A stretch of DNA of 64,000 bases from an uncultured Chloroflexia bacterium (GCA_963724295.1 CAVRUC010000013.1:320001-384000), one strand, 5' to 3'; positions 1 to 11,258 are shown, numbered from the stretch's first letter. Translations and numbers: made by a program. Notes: generated from the sequence alone by a model not told the origin.

Positions 1-958
1 ACAGCTCCAGCCACGCGACTTCATCCGGGGTAAGGGCAATCGCGATGGCTTCGAGGTTCGCCGCGAACTCGGCTCCAGTCCGGCATCCCACAATCGCGAA
101 GATGTTCAGCGGCTGACTCATGACATAGGCGGTCGCGATCTGAGGGATTGTCAGGCCCTTCATCTTGGCCAGTTCGCGAGCGCGATCGAGGCGCCTGAAG
201 TTCTCTTCAGAGCAGTAGGTCTCGACGCAAAGGCGGTCGAGTCCGTCTTCGAATTGATCGAGCTCGTTGCGCTGGAACCGGCCCGAGAAAAAGCCACCTG
301 CCAAACTCGACCATGTAATCAGTGGCATTCCCTGGCTTGCATACCAGTCGCGATCGGCCCGGCCGTTCTCGCCACTGATGCTCACGCAATTTGGCCAGGG
401 CGGTCTAATCTGTTCGGCAAGGCTAAAGTTTGGGCTGCTCGCGACAAAAGGGACCAGGCCGTTAGCCGCGGCATAGCTATTGGCCTCTTGAATCCGCTCC
501 ACGCTCCAGTTCGAGCCGCCAAAGGCGCCGATCTTTCCCGCCTGGAGGTGCTCGTTCAGCACGGTGACGATGGGCCCGACCGGCACTGTCGGGTCATCGC
601 GGTGCAGCAGGTAGAGCTCGATTCGTTCGGTCTTGAGCCGTGCCAGCGAGTCGTGCAGATCAGCCGTAATGTCGAACGGTGTCACCCGCTGCCGATCCTC
701 GTTGTGATGCGCGCCTTTGCCAATAATCACGATTTGGTCGCGCACGCCCCGCTCCGCCATCCATCCACCGAAGGTTCGCTCGCTATCGCCGAGGCCATAG
801 CCATGCGCCGTATCAAACGTCTGGCAACCGAGATCAAACACCTCGTCGAGCAGCCTATAGCTCCCCTCGATATTCTCGGAGCTGATCATTACCGTCCCCT
901 GCACGAGCCGCGACACCGGCTTGTCAACTCCTGGGATCGTCCCATACTGCATTCCCAT
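1..958 (-). CDS. Aldo/keto reductase (3' end runs off the window)
   Basis: Manual translation: MGMQYGTIPGVDKPVSRLVQG...ENFRRLDRARELAKMKGLTIPQIATAYVMSQPLNIFAIVG; GGAGG RBS overlaps the end of the upstream gene; absent from the ORF track because no stop is in the window. Confidence 0.85.
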   Translation of the reverse strand, partial: MGMQYGTIPGVDKPVSRLVQGTVMISSENIEGSYRLLDEVFDLGCQTFDTAHGYGLGDSERTFGGWMAERGVRDQIVIIGKGAHHNEDRQRVTPFDITADLHDSLARLKTERIELYLLHRDDPTVPVGPIVTVLNEHLQAGKIGAFGGSNWSVERIQEANSYAAANGLVPFVASSPNFSLAEQIRPPWPNCVSISGENGRADRDWYASQGMPLITWSSLAGGFFSGRFQRNELDQFEDGLDRLCVETYCSEENFRRLDRARELAKMKGLTIPQIATAYVMSQPLNIFAIVGCRTGAEFAANLEAIAIALTPDEVAWLEL

Positions 959-962
959 GACC

Positions 963-1994
963 TCAACCTCCGGCCGTCTGCGAACTACTCATTCCGGACT
1001 CAACCGGATAGTGCAACCCCCACTGAGCGCGGATTTCGTCCAACGTCCGCATGATTGACAGACTTTCCTCTAGCGGCATGACAGGGCTCTCGAGCTCGCC
1101 TTCGCGCAGGCACCGCATCACTTCGGCGGCTTCGTAGTTGAAGCCGTTGCCCGCGAGTGCGTGGTGGAACTGCTGCGGCTCCTTGCCCTCGGTTTTGAGC
1201 GTCATGGTGGTCGGCTTGTACCAGGCGGAGTGGATGTTGATTTGCCCGTCTGTACCCATGATCGTCGCGACAGTCGGCGTATCGGTCCGGATCGCGGCGG
1301 AAAGCACGGCAAGCTGCCCTCCTTCATGGCCGAAGATCATTGCTGCCTGTTCGTCGACACCCGTCTCACCGAGATGGGCCATCGAGACAATGCGCGATGG
1401 TCGGCCAAGCACCATCGAGGAGAACGAGACCAGGTACGTTCCGACGTCGAGCAGCGCCCCACCACCGTACGCTGGGCTGAACAAACGATGCGACGGATTC
1501 AACTCCGCGCGGAAACCGAAATCAGCAGAAAGCATCCGCACCTCCCCGATCGCCTTCTCCGCCAGAAGCGCGCGGACCTTTTGCATGACCGGAGTGAACC
1601 GAGTCCACATCGCCTCCATCAAGAAGAGGTTCTGTCGGCGTGCCGCGGCGATCATTTCCTGGGCTTCAGCGGCATTAATGGCCAAAGGCTTTTCGCACAG
1701 CACCGGCTTGCCGGCCGCCAGGCACAGCAAGGTGCAGTCCTTATGGAGCATATGCGGCGTCGCAACGTAGATGACATCGACGAGAGGGTCGTTCGCCAGA
1801 TCCTCGTAGCTGCCATGACAACGACCATGCGAAATATTGAACCGCGCGCCAAACTCCCGCGCAGTCTGCTCCGCTCGCGACCCCACGGCCACAAGTTCCG
1901 CCTCCGGCAGGGCTGCCAATCCCGTCGCGAATAGCGCGGCAATCTTCCCTGTCCCAAGAATCCCCCACCGCACCTTGTCAGACGGCTGCCTCAT
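963..1994 (-). CDS. Gfo/Idh/MocA family oxidoreductase
   Basis: WGILGTGKIA Rossmann motif, VLCEKP, GGGALLDVG. Confidence 0.92.
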   Translation of the reverse strand: MRQPSDKVRWGILGTGKIAALFATGLAALPEAELVAVGSRAEQTAREFGARFNISHGRCHGSYEDLANDPLVDVIYVATPHMLHKDCTLLCLAAGKPVLCEKPLAINAAEAQEMIAAARRQNLFLMEAMWTRFTPVMQKVRALLAEKAIGEVRMLSADFGFRAELNPSHRLFSPAYGGGALLDVGTYLVSFSSMVLGRPSRIVSMAHLGETGVDEQAAMIFGHEGGQLAVLSAAIRTDTPTVATIMGTDGQINIHSAWYKPTTMTLKTEGKEPQQFHHALAGNGFNYEAAEVMRCLREGELESPVMPLEESLSIMRTLDEIRAQWGLHYPVESGMSSSQTAGG

Positions 1995-2139
1995 CAGTGC
2001 CCCCAGCTTGTTGCACCTATGTATGCCGAATGTTGTCGCTCCTCAGCGAGGAGCGAAGTGCGGCCCTGGCCATGGTCTGGACTGCGCCCGCGGGCGACGC
2101 ACCTGCAGGTGTCGCCCCTACTGGCGACTCTCGACACTG

Positions 2140-2212
2140 TTGCCGTGACCCTCCGGGTGCCCCAGCGTGCCTGTATTCTTCTCGACTCCTCGACTTCTCG
2201 ACCTCTCGACTC
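2140..2212. repeat. 24-bp REP-like unit (TTGCCGTGACCCTCCGGGTGCCCC) plus 4x CTCGAC-containing octamer
   Basis: The 24-mer at 2140-2163 recurs identically at 3281-3304; octamer tandem at 2181-2212. Confidence 0.75.
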
Positions 2213-3320
2213 ATAACGGCGCGGGCCGCTCGCACGTACTGGCGATCTCGACGTGCCGGCCCTCGCGGGAGGCGGTCTCGACGGCGTGCATCACCTCGAG
2301 GACATGGTAGGCCATCTCGCCACTGGCCCGGTGCGATACGCCGCTGCGCAGGCCGGCGGCCATGTCGGCCAGACCGAGCCCGCGGCTGTTCCTGGTGTAG
2401 GGTCGCGTCACCGGAACATCGCGCCAGATAACGCTGCCCGCCCCGCGCATGCGCACGAGTCCGCCGAAGGTGTTGGGATCGGGCAGGCCGAGACTTCCCT
2501 GCGAGCCGTAGATCTCGAGCTTGGGCGCCGCCGTTGCCCAGACGTCGAAGCTGGTGACCAGCGTCGCGATGGGGCCACTCGCGAAGTCGAGCACCGCCGC
2601 CAGGTGCGTGGGGACCTCGACCTTGATTCGCTCCCCGGTCCGTGGCCCGCTGCGGATCGTCCGTTCCGGAGAGGTGACCCGGGCGGAGCCGGTCACGCGC
2701 CGCACCGGGCCCAGCAGCGAGATGAGCGCCGTCAGGTAGTACGGCCCCATGTCGAAGAGCGGGCCGCCACCCGTCTGATAGTAGAAATCCGGCTGGGGGT
2801 GCCACCGCTCGTGACCGGGGATGAGCATGAAGGCGGTCGCCGCCACCGGCTCGCCGATGGCGCCCTCGTCGATGAGCTGGCGACAGGTCTGCAATCCGCC
2901 GCCGAGGAACGTGTCCGGTGCGGCCCCCAGTCGCAAGCCTCGTTCGCGGGCCGTCTCGACCAACCGCTTCCCGTCCGCGAGCGCGATGGCGAGGGGCTTC
3001 TCGTTATAGACGCCCTTGCCGGCATCCAGCGCCGCCTGGGCGACCGGGGCGTGGGCATGCGGGGTCGTGAGATTGAGAACGACCTCGATCGCGGGGTCGG
3101 CGAGCAGCTCGGCGACGGTGCGAACGGCCGGCACGCCGTACTCCGCGGCTCGCTCTGCCGCCCGCTCCGGCGCGATATCGGCGCAGGCAACGATCTCGAA
3201 CTCGGGAAAGAGGGCTGCATTGCGCAGATAGCGGTTGCTGATATAGCCGCAGCCGACCAGCCCGACCCGCACTGGCCGTCTTGCCGTGACCCTCCGGGTG
3301 CCCCCGTCTTGCCGACTCAA
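2211..3320 (-). CDS. Gfo/Idh/MocA family oxidoreductase
   Basis: [26 protein letters not shown] motifs. Confidence 0.92.
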   Translation of the reverse strand: MSRQDGGTRRVTARRPVRVGLVGCGYISNRYLRNAALFPEFEIVACADIAPERAAERAAEYGVPAVRTVAELLADPAIEVVLNLTTPHAHAPVAQAALDAGKGVYNEKPLAIALADGKRLVETARERGLRLGAAPDTFLGGGLQTCRQLIDEGAIGEPVAATAFMLIPGHERWHPQPDFYYQTGGGPLFDMGPYYLTALISLLGPVRRVTGSARVTSPERTIRSGPRTGERIKVEVPTHLAAVLDFASGPIATLVTSFDVWATAAPKLEIYGSQGSLGLPDPNTFGGLVRMRGAGSVIWRDVPVTRPYTRNSRGLGLADMAAGLRSGVSHRASGEMAYHVLEVMHAVETASREGRHVEIASTCERPAPL

Positions 3321-3976
3321 CTGCGCGCCGCCCAGTGCATCCCGCGGCGGACCAGCTCTCGCGCCTCGGGCACGTCGAAATCGGCGGCGACGTGGCCGAG
3401 CGAGCAGTAGAAGACCCGCCCCTCACCCCATTTCCGCTTCCAGACCACCGGCATGACGCAGCCGTCGATCCAGGGCGCGTACTCGCCGCTGAAGGTGGTC
3501 GTGGCCAGGACCTCGTTCGAGGGGTCGACGTGCAGGTAGTACTGCTCGGAGTGCATCGAGAAGTCGTCCAGGCCGGCCGTGATCGGGTCATCACGATTGG
3601 TGATCTGCACCGTGTAGTCGATGATGTTGCCGGGGTGGGCGACCCACTGCCCGCCGACCATGAACTGGTACTCGGTGCTGTTGCGGAAGGAGTCGGCCAT
3701 GCCGCCGTGCCAGCCGGCGACTCCGGTGCCACTGGCAATGGTGTCGAGTAGCCCGCGCAACTGCTCCCTGGTGATCTCGCTCTGCGTCCAGATGGGCACG
3801 ATGAGGTCGGTCTCCCGCAGCAGGTCCGCATCGAGGTAGACGTCGAGCGTCTCGCTGACGGTGACTTCAAAGCCATCGTCCCGCAAGACACCCGCGAAGA
3901 GTGCCGCGCACTCGTGGGGTTGATGCCCCTCCCAGCCGCCCGCGACCAGCAATGCCCGTTTCGCACGATCCGTCAC
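3317..3976 (-). CDS. ThuA (trehalose utilisation)-like domain protein
   Basis: [33 protein letters not shown] motifs. Confidence 0.88.
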   Translation of the reverse strand: MTDRAKRALLVAGGWEGHQPHECAALFAGVLRDDGFEVTVSETLDVYLDADLLRETDLIVPIWTQSEITREQLRGLLDTIASGTGVAGWHGGMADSFRNSTEYQFMVGGQWVAHPGNIIDYTVQITNRDDPITAGLDDFSMHSEQYYLHVDPSNEVLATTTFSGEYAPWIDGCVMPVVWKRKWGEGRVFYCSLGHVAADFDVPEARELVRRGMHWAARS

Positions 3977-4225
3977 GTTGCCTGTCGCCTCCCGTATCTC
4001 GCTGTCGTCTTATCTGCCGAGCCGTACATCCGGCGGCATCATCATGCAAGATTTGGGCAGAGGGCGACAGTTGCCAGACTGGTGATTCTCCCGAGATACG
4101 ATGACCTCCAGGTTGGGCAGGAGCAGGGGTAAGGAAGCCCGCTGCCCGCGGGATACACTAGCGCGGGGGTAGCAGCCGCTTCATCACCCGCCCCCACCCT
4201 GGACTCATGGCGCCCGGAGATAGCG

Positions 4226-5344
4226 ATGACCGCGATCGAGAAGACAACCGACTTGCCGCTCAACCTGCACGAGTATGAGGCGGCCGCCCGCGATCTCCTC
4301 TCGCCGATGGCCCTCGGCTATGTCAGCGGTGGTTCCTGCGACGAGGTGACGCTGCGGGCGAACCGGGACGCCTTCGACCGCTGGCGGTTCTTGCCGCGCG
4401 TGATGCGCGGGCTGCGCGAGACCTCCACGGCGACGACGGTGTTGGGCCAGGAGGTCGCGCTGCCGGTGCTGATCGCGCCCTCCGGGCTGCATCGCCTGGC
4501 GCACGACGAGGGCGAGCTGGCGACGATCCGCGGCGCGCACGGCGCCGGCACGATCTACACCATGAGCACTGCCTCCACGGTGCCGATGGACGTCATCAGC
4601 CGGGAGGGTGCGCCATGGTGGTTCCAGCTCTATCTCTTCACCGACCGCGGCATCTCCCGCCACCTTGTCGAGCAAGCGGCGGCGGCGGGCGCCTCGGCGC
4701 TGGTCGTCACCGTCGATGTGCCCATCCTCGGGCGGCGGGAAGCTGACGAACGGAACCGGTTCTCGCTCCCGGACGGACTCGTCATGGCCAACCTGCAGAC
4801 GCCCAAGCACATGCTCATCCCGGCCACCGACGGCGGTTCGGGACTGGCGACGTACATCGGGGCCGTCTGGGAGCCGGCATTGACCTGGGACGATCTCGAC
4901 TGGCTGGCCTCACTCTCGCCTCTGCCGGTGATCCCGAAGGGGATCCTTCATCCGGAGGACGCCGCGCGCGCCTTCGACCACGGTGCGGGGGCGGTGATCG
5001 TCTCCAACCACGGCGGCCGCCAGCTCGATAGCGCGGTCGCCTCGCTGGACGCCCTGCCGGCCGTCGTCGAGGCGGTCGCCGGTCGCGGCGAGATCCTGCT
5101 AGACGGCGGCATCCGTCGCGGTACCGACGTGCTGAAGGCGCTGGCGCTGGGCGCGCGGGCCGTCCTCATCGGGCGGCCGGTCTACTGGGGGCTCGCCGCC
5201 GGTGGCGAGAGCGGGGTGCGGCACATCCTGGAGCTGCTGCGCGCCGAATTGGCGCTCGACCTGATGCTCTGCGGGCTGGCCAGTCCAGCGGAGGTGACGC
5301 GTGAGCTGCTCGTACCGGCGGATACCCTGGTGCAGATGCAATGA
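4226..5344 (+). CDS. FMN-dependent alpha-hydroxy acid oxidase/dehydrogenase
   Basis: WFQLY, SNHGGRQLD, DGGIRRGTD motifs. Confidence 0.95.
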   Translation: MTAIEKTTDLPLNLHEYEAAARDLLSPMALGYVSGGSCDEVTLRANRDAFDRWRFLPRVMRGLRETSTATTVLGQEVALPVLIAPSGLHRLAHDEGELATIRGAHGAGTIYTMSTASTVPMDVISREGAPWWFQLYLFTDRGISRHLVEQAAAAGASALVVTVDVPILGRREADERNRFSLPDGLVMANLQTPKHMLIPATDGGSGLATYIGAVWEPALTWDDLDWLASLSPLPVIPKGILHPEDAARAFDHGAGAVIVSNHGGRQLDSAVASLDALPAVVEAVAGRGEILLDGGIRRGTDVLKALALGARAVLIGRPVYWGLAAGGESGVRHILELLRAELALDLMLCGLASPAEVTRELLVPADTLVQMQ

Positions 5345-6151
5345 CCGATCTGCAAGCGGTGGCGGCCGAGGCGTTTGCGGTGCTCGATACTGGTCGCCAG
5401 ATCCCCCCGTTTTCTGCGCGTTTTCCTCACTTCGACCTCGACGACGCGTACCGTGTCACCGCGGCCGTGAGGCAGATGCGCGAGGCGCGCGGTGAGACAC
5501 CAGCTGGGGCGCAAGATCGGCTTCACCAATCGCACGATCTGGGACGAATATCAGGTCGGCGCTCCCATGTGGGGATACCTCTACGACCGCACGGTCCACG
5601 ATCTCGGCGATGTGGGGCCGGCCGTTTCGCTCGCGGGTCTGGCCGAGCCGCGGATCGAGCCGGAGATCATCTTCGGGTTAGCGACCGCGCCGGCGCCCGG
5701 CATGGACGAGCGCGCCTTGCTCGGATGCGTCGATTGGGTAGCGCACGGCTTCGAGCTCGTGCAGTCAATCTTTCCGCGCTGGGAATTCACGTTGCCCGAC
5801 ACGGTGGCGGCCTACGGTCTGCACGGCATGCTCATCATCGGTCCCCGGCACCCGATCGGTGACACCGTCGCCGACTGGGAGCGGGACCTCTCGACATTTC
5901 GCATCGATCTCCGGCGCGACGGAGCGGTCGTCGATCAGGGCCGGGCGTCAAATGTGCTGGGCGGACCGGTATCCGCAATGCGGCATCTCGTCGAGGTGCT
6001 GGCCGACGATCCGGTCAATCCGCCACTCGCCGCCGGTGAGATCGTCACCACCGGGACACTGACGCGCGCGTTTCCCATCGCACCGGGTGAAAACTGGGCG
6101 ACCGAGCCGGAGGGCGTCGCCCTCGACGGCATCGCCATCCGCTTCACGTAA
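5341..6151 (+). CDS. 2-keto-4-pentenoate hydratase family (FAH fold); frameshift near 5503
   Basis: N-terminal part in ORF 5341 (DLDDAYRV) joins GRKIGFTN...EPEI...TTGT in ORF 5492 by a one-base shift. Confidence 0.85.
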
Positions 6152-6161
6152 AATTTGCCGC

Positions 6162-6605
6162 TTACGTCCCGCGGGCGATGAGCACCGACGCGCGCGATCG
6201 CTCCGCGACCTCTTCGGCAACGCTGCCGAGCACCAGCCGCTCCAGACCATGGCGGCCGTGAGAGGCAACGACCAGCAGGTCACCAGGTCCGGCGGCATCG
6301 GCCAGTTCCCGCGCCGCGAGCCCGGATCGAACCTGGGTTGTCACTTGCAAACCCTCATCCCGCAACGGTTGCTGCACCGTTTCCAGATACTGTGCGGACT
6401 TTTCCTTCTCGCGAACCATTTCGTCGGAGAGCTCGGCGTACTCTGCCGCGGCCTCATTGGCGCCCCAGTGCACCACGGCCAGGTCCGCTACGCGCACCAG
6501 ATGCAGCGGCAGATTCAGCTGCCGCGCCAGCCCGGCGCCCATGCGGAGCGCGGTCTCCGAGACCTGCGACCCATCCAACCCGACCACGATCCGCTCGAAC
6601 ATCAC
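6162..6605 (-). CDS. Universal stress protein
   Basis: IVVGLDGS, VVASHGRHG..LGSVAE motifs. Confidence 0.92.
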   Translation of the reverse strand: MMFERIVVGLDGSQVSETALRMGAGLARQLNLPLHLVRVADLAVVHWGANEAAAEYAELSDEMVREKEKSAQYLETVQQPLRDEGLQVTTQVRSGLAARELADAAGPGDLLVVASHGRHGLERLVLGSVAEEVAERSRASVLIARGT

Positions 6606-6652
6606 CAGGCTCCTTTAGGGGCGTTCGGCTATCGGCTCATGGCCAAGGCTAT

Positions 6653-6716
6653 TCTCGTCTCGCCGTCTCGCCGTCTTCCGTCTTCTCTACCGACTTCCGA
6701 CTTCCGACTCCGACTC
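6653..6716. repeat. Short tandem repeats (CGTCTCGC-type and CCGACTT heptamers)
   Basis: ccgacttccgacttccgactccgactc; the same heptamer occurs at 8450-8495 and 52671-52700. Confidence 0.7.
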
Positions 6717-6724
6717 GCACTCCA

Positions 6725-8341
6725 TCAATACGTCCACCCGATCGGCGTGTCGATGATCGTGGGGACATTGCGCGCGCTGGCCTCGATGATGGCCGCTTCC
6801 AGCTCCGCCGGAGAGTTAGCCCGCACGCCGGGGATGCCGTAAGCGGCCGCCAGCTTGAGGAAATCCGGGTTCTCCAGATCGACCGCGATGTAGCGCCGGT
6901 CATAGCGCATCGCCTGGTCCATCTTGACCGCGGTGTAGGTCGAGTCGTTGAAGATCACGATCGGCAGCCCGATTCCAAACTGTTTGGCGGTGGCCAGCTC
7001 GTGCATGGTGAACTGGAAACCGCCGTCGCCGACGATCGAGACCACCACCTTGTCGGGTTGCGCGATCTTGGCGCCGATGGCCGCGGGCATGGAAAACCCG
7101 AGGGTGAGATAGCCAGCCGGAACGAGGAATGTGCGCGGCGCGTAGGCCGGGTAGTGCTTGGCGGCGGCGTACGACATCATGGTCGTGTCGTTGACCAGGA
7201 TGCCGTCGCGGGGGATGGCCCGGCGCAGGGCGGCGACATACTCCGCGTTCTCCCCGCCGAAGGCCATCTCCAGCGCCTTCGCGCGCACCGTGGCGATCTC
7301 CTCCGGTCGCCAGCCATCGTTGCAGACGCCGGCAGCCGCCAGGGCCTCGTTCAGCGCCTCAGCCGTCTTGCGCGCGTCGGCGACGATCGCGCGGCTGGGG
7401 CGGTAGTTGCGTTCGACCTCCTCGGGATCGATATCGACCCGGATCAGGGTCGCCGGCAGCCGCATCGCCCCATCCTCGGTCTCAGAGCCGCCGAGTTTGG
7501 TGCCGAAGACGAGAACCGCATCGGCCTTCCGCAACATGGCGTCGACCGCGTTGCCCTGCCCCCACAGATTGCCGATCGCGTACGGGTGATCTTCGGGGAT
7601 GACGCCTTTTCCCGTCTGGGAGACGATCACCGGCGCCCCGAGCCGCTCGGCGATGGCGGCGATGCCGGCTCCAGCGTCAGCCGTCGCCGCGCCACCGCCG
7701 GCGATGATCGCCACGCGCTTCGCCCTGGCGATCTCCTCGACCGCGCCCGCGATCTGCTCGGCGGCCGGTCCGGGCCGTTCGGCGACGACAGGATCGGGGA
7801 AGGTGATCTCCGCTTCGGTCTCGAGCACGTCGCGCGGGATCTCGACGTAGACGGGACGCGGGCGTGAGGTTGCCAGGCGGAGGAACGCGGCGCCGATGGC
7901 CGGCGCCACCTCGCCGACCGCGGTGGCCTGCGCCTGGGAGGCGGTCACCGGGCGAATAGCCTCGGTCTGATCGCGGATATCGTGGTAGTGCCCCATCATC
8001 TTGCCGCCCCAGCGCTGATCTTCCGCCGAGGCGACGACCAGCAGGGGCGAGGAGTCGGTGTAGGCCTCGCCGACGGCGGTCGCCACGTTCGTGACCCCCG
8101 GACCGGTAATCACCAGCGCCACCCCGGGCTTACCGGAGGCGCGTGCATAGCCATCGGCCATGAATCCCACACCCTGCTCATGGCGACCGAGGATGTGCCG
8201 GATGGGGCCATCGATCAACGCGTCGTAGAGAGCAAGGGTATGCACGCCGGGGATGCCGAAGGCGACCTCGACCCCATGCTCCGCCAGCGAGCGCACCACT
8301 GCCTGCCCGCCCGTCATCCGCTCCACCATGTTCGTTGTCAC
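6725..8341 (-). CDS. Thiamine pyrophosphate-binding enzyme (acetolactate synthase-like)
   Basis: FGIPGVH, RHEQGVGFMADGYAR, GPGVTN, GDGGFQF..N motifs. Confidence 0.92.
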   Translation of the reverse strand: MTTNMVERMTGGQAVVRSLAEHGVEVAFGIPGVHTLALYDALIDGPIRHILGRHEQGVGFMADGYARASGKPGVALVITGPGVTNVATAVGEAYTDSSPLLVVASAEDQRWGGKMMGHYHDIRDQTEAIRPVTASQAQATAVGEVAPAIGAAFLRLATSRPRPVYVEIPRDVLETEAEITFPDPVVAERPGPAAEQIAGAVEEIARAKRVAIIAGGGAATADAGAGIAAIAERLGAPVIVSQTGKGVIPEDHPYAIGNLWGQGNAVDAMLRKADAVLVFGTKLGGSETEDGAMRLPATLIRVDIDPEEVERNYRPSRAIVADARKTAEALNEALAAAGVCNDGWRPEEIATVRAKALEMAFGGENAEYVAALRRAIPRDGILVNDTTMMSYAAAKHYPAYAPRTFLVPAGYLTLGFSMPAAIGAKIAQPDKVVVSIVGDGGFQFTMHELATAKQFGIGLPIVIFNDSTYTAVKMDQAMRYDRRYIAVDLENPDFLKLAAAYGIPGVRANSPAELEAAIIEASARNVPTIIDTPIGWTY

Positions 8342-8449
8342 TCCTCATGATCCGTGGCCGGCGGCCACCGCTGTACCGCGCACTGATGCGCACGTCACTT
8401 GTGCACCGGCGGTATGACACGCTCGGCAGATGATAGCGGAGCGTTCGTG

Positions 8450-8630
8450 GGTCGGAAGTCGGGGGTCGGAGGTCGGGTCGAGGTCGGAGGTCGGACGAAG
8501 GTGTCGGGGTGATTACTCGCTACGCTCGTGGTGGCAGGGTGGCGGGGAGAACGATGACCAAAATATCCCTGCCACCCTGCCACCCTGCCACCCTGTGACC
8601 CCGACACCCATCACCCATCACCCATCACCC
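8450..8630. repeat. Composite repeat/hairpin element (GTCGGAG, GGTGGCAG/CCCTGCCA, CCCATCA units)
   Basis: Tandem heptamers and octamers in inverted arms; 27-bp core 8507-8533 matches 56750-56776 at 26/27. Confidence 0.75.
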
Positions 8631-9887
8631 TCGCTCAGCGGCGTGTCGGCGACAGGGAGTTTCATCTGGAATCTGGCGCCGATGGTGGGTGTTGGATCGG
8701 CGGTCAGGGTCCCGCCGTGGGCGGCAACGATGCGACTCGCCAGGTACAGCCCGATCCCGAGTCCCGTGGAGCCCGGGCCACGCGCGAAGCGATCGAAGAG
8801 ACGCGGGAAGAGCTCCGGGGGAATACCCGGCCCCTGATCGGAAACGGTCACCACCGCCCAACATTCGGCGCCGGTTGACTCGACGTCGAGTTCGACCACG
8901 ACGCTAGCTCCCGCGGGCGAGAACTTGATGGCGTTGGAGAGCACGTTCTCCAATGCCTGGCGGATCCGGTTGGCATCCATGGCGAGGACCACGTCCTGTC
9001 TGGAGACGTCGATCCGGATCGGCACGGCGCCTGTCGTGAGGGCCGCGCAGGTCTCGCGCACCAGGTCCACGAGATCGGCCGGTTGCCGGTTGAGCGCAAA
9101 CAGGCCCTGCTCCAGACGGCTGCTATCCAGGAGATCGGCCACCAGGGCGACGACACGATCGACCGCGCGCGTCGCCTCCTCGACGTCCCGCAGATCGCGT
9201 TGCCGGTCTTCTCGATGGGCTCGCCGCCGAAGGAGATCGATGCGGCCCTTGACGGGAGCCAGCAGATTGCCGAGATCGTGCGCCAGCGTCGCGATCAGCT
9301 CGTCGGCCGCCACGCGCCGACCTTGCTCCCGGGCCTCGGTCGCGATTCGCTCCGTCAGCTCGGCCCGCTGGGCAACCATGCCGACCCAGCGCGAGACGGC
9401 TTCCAGGAAGCGAATGTCATCGTCGGTGAAGAAATTGGGGCGAGCGGAGGAGGCGAGGAAGACACCGCGGCGCGTGCCAGCCACCTCGAGCGGCACCATG
9501 ATGGCCGAGCGAATTCCGAGCCCCTCCGTCATGCCGCGCAGCTGTCCCGGGTCCTGGTCGGCCTGACCGGTCGCATAGGGAACGCCGCTGAGAAATACCT
9601 CGACCTCGCGGCCGCCGTTGGCCACCGGCAGGCGGTTCATGCCGATGGCATGCTGCTTCCGGCCCATCGGGAGTGTGGCTGGTGCCGGCCGCGACCAGCG
9701 TCTCGGTGGCGGAGTCGTACAGTGCCGCGTCGACTTTGTCCGCGCCTAGCGCTTCGGCCACCATCTGACAGGCGCGGTCGAGCGCGCCGTGGAGCTCTGC
9801 CTCATCGATCGCCAGCAGCTGCTCGAGCGTGGCAAGGAGTCGATGGCCATCTGGTCCGCTTGCCGCCGGGTGCTGGCCGGCAGTCAT
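8618..9887 (-). CDS. GAF-domain sensor histidine kinase; frameshift near 9670
   Basis: GAF N-terminus in ORF 9417-9887 continues into LAHDLGN (H box), NAIKF, DQGPG, GLGIGL in ORF 8618-9667; extra base in a CCC run. Confidence 0.88.
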
Positions 9888-10196
9888 CTCAGCTCCGTTG
9901 TTGTTAGCCGAGTTCGACGGACGTTAGCCGCCGCCACTGTGCAGTCCATCAGGACTCGCTCACCGCCTGTTGCTTCATTGGCACTCCCCCGCCCAAAGAA
10001 ATGTCGAGGACTGCAACGCCGCTCGGGCGTTGCACATGGAGTGCCAGGTCGATGTCACGGTAGTGGGGACTCCCGATGGCCGGGAGACGACCGGGGGGTG
10101 AGGCGGGCCGGCAGGTAGTGATCGTGATTGGCGACATCTCAGGGAAAGCACACTGCCGTGCTTCCGCACTTGAGTATCTCGATGGTCGAGAGGCCG

Positions 10197-11165
10197 TTAG
10201 CTCGCCTGTTCACCGGCAGACTCGATCGTAGCGGCTGACGCCTGGATGAGCTCCGCGACCACAGTGAGCGCCGCGGCTGGATGCTCCTCGATGACAGGAA
10301 CTGCCCCCAAAGCGCGAATTGCCTCCGGGCGCTCAATCGCAACGCGCCCCCCGACAACCACCGGCGGTGGATGTTCGGGAGCGAGTCCCGCTTTCAGAAC
10401 ATCGACCGCATCTTTGACGGCGGTCAGGTTCGGCGCAAGCTTTGCCGAAAGGAGGATTACCACCGGTCGATGGAGCCGAACGGCTTCGAGCAAGAAGCGG
10501 GGGGCGACGTCGGCGCCGAGGTAGTGCACCGCCCACCCCTCGGCACGGAACAGCCCGCAGACCATACGCAGTCCGAGTTCATGGCGCTCACCCTCGACGC
10601 AGGCCGCGACTAGGGCGAGTCCGTCTGCCGGAAGACGGGCGTGCCGGAGGGAGAGGTCGGCAATCAGGTCGCGAGCGAGTTCCGAGACTTCTTTTTCCTG
10701 GGCCACGAGGAGTTCGCCGTGCTCCCAGCGCTGTCCCAGTTCGTTGAGCGCCGGTTGGAGCACCTCACCGAAGATTCGAGTGAGGGGCAGACCGAGGTCA
10801 TCAGCACGGATGATCGTCTGGTACGCCCCGGCCAGATTTCCTTCCAGGGCCTGGCTGAGGAATGACTGGGTCAGCGCGGCTGGAGCCGGCAAGCGGTCCA
10901 ACTCTGCTAGTCGCTGCCGAATCTGGTCGAGCGACAGCCGTTGCGCCTGCCATGCCTTGATCTGCCGGATGCGCTCCACGTCCGCCGCTGAATAGAGCCG
11001 GTGTCCGCCAGGCGTCCGGATGGACGTGATCAGCCCCTCCCGTTCGAGGAAGCGCAGGCTCGAGTGGCTCACGTCGGGATAAGAGCGCTGCAAATCGGAA
11101 ACGACGCTCCCGATCGAGAGGAGGGTATTTGCTGGTTCTAGCTCCCGCACCGGGTCCGAAGTCAT
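10197..11165 (-). CDS. carH: MerR-family cobalamin-binding photoregulator (CarH/LitR-like)
   Basis: MerR HTH (RFLEREGLI..RTPGGHRLY), W-x9-E motif, EGERHELG B12-binding motif, YLGADV; ATG at 11165 has a GGAGG RBS; adjacent to carotenoid genes. Confidence 0.88.
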   Translation of the reverse strand: MTSDPVRELEPANTLLSIGSVVSDLQRSYPDVSHSSLRFLEREGLITSIRTPGGHRLYSAADVERIRQIKAWQAQRLSLDQIRQRLAELDRLPAPAALTQSFLSQALEGNLAGAYQTIIRADDLGLPLTRIFGEVLQPALNELGQRWEHGELLVAQEKEVSELARDLIADLSLRHARLPADGLALVAACVEGERHELGLRMVCGLFRAEGWAVHYLGADVAPRFLLEAVRLHRPVVILLSAKLAPNLTAVKDAVDVLKAGLAPEHPPPVVVGGRVAIERPEAIRALGAVPVIEEHPAAALTVVAELIQASAATIESAGEQAS

Positions 11166-11258
11166 ATAAACCTCCAGTTCAGGTTCTTGTAGCACACTCC
11201 GGAGCGTAGTCGCAATCGCTCGCAACGTGTCGCGTTTAGCTCGGAGCCTATCTGCCAT

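Noticed and set aside
254..1054. 266-aa plus-strand ORF
   Set aside because: Antisense shadow of the aldo/keto reductase; the many other long overlapping ORFs (e.g. 18050-19762, 36695-38320, 6338-7867) are likewise high-GC shadows
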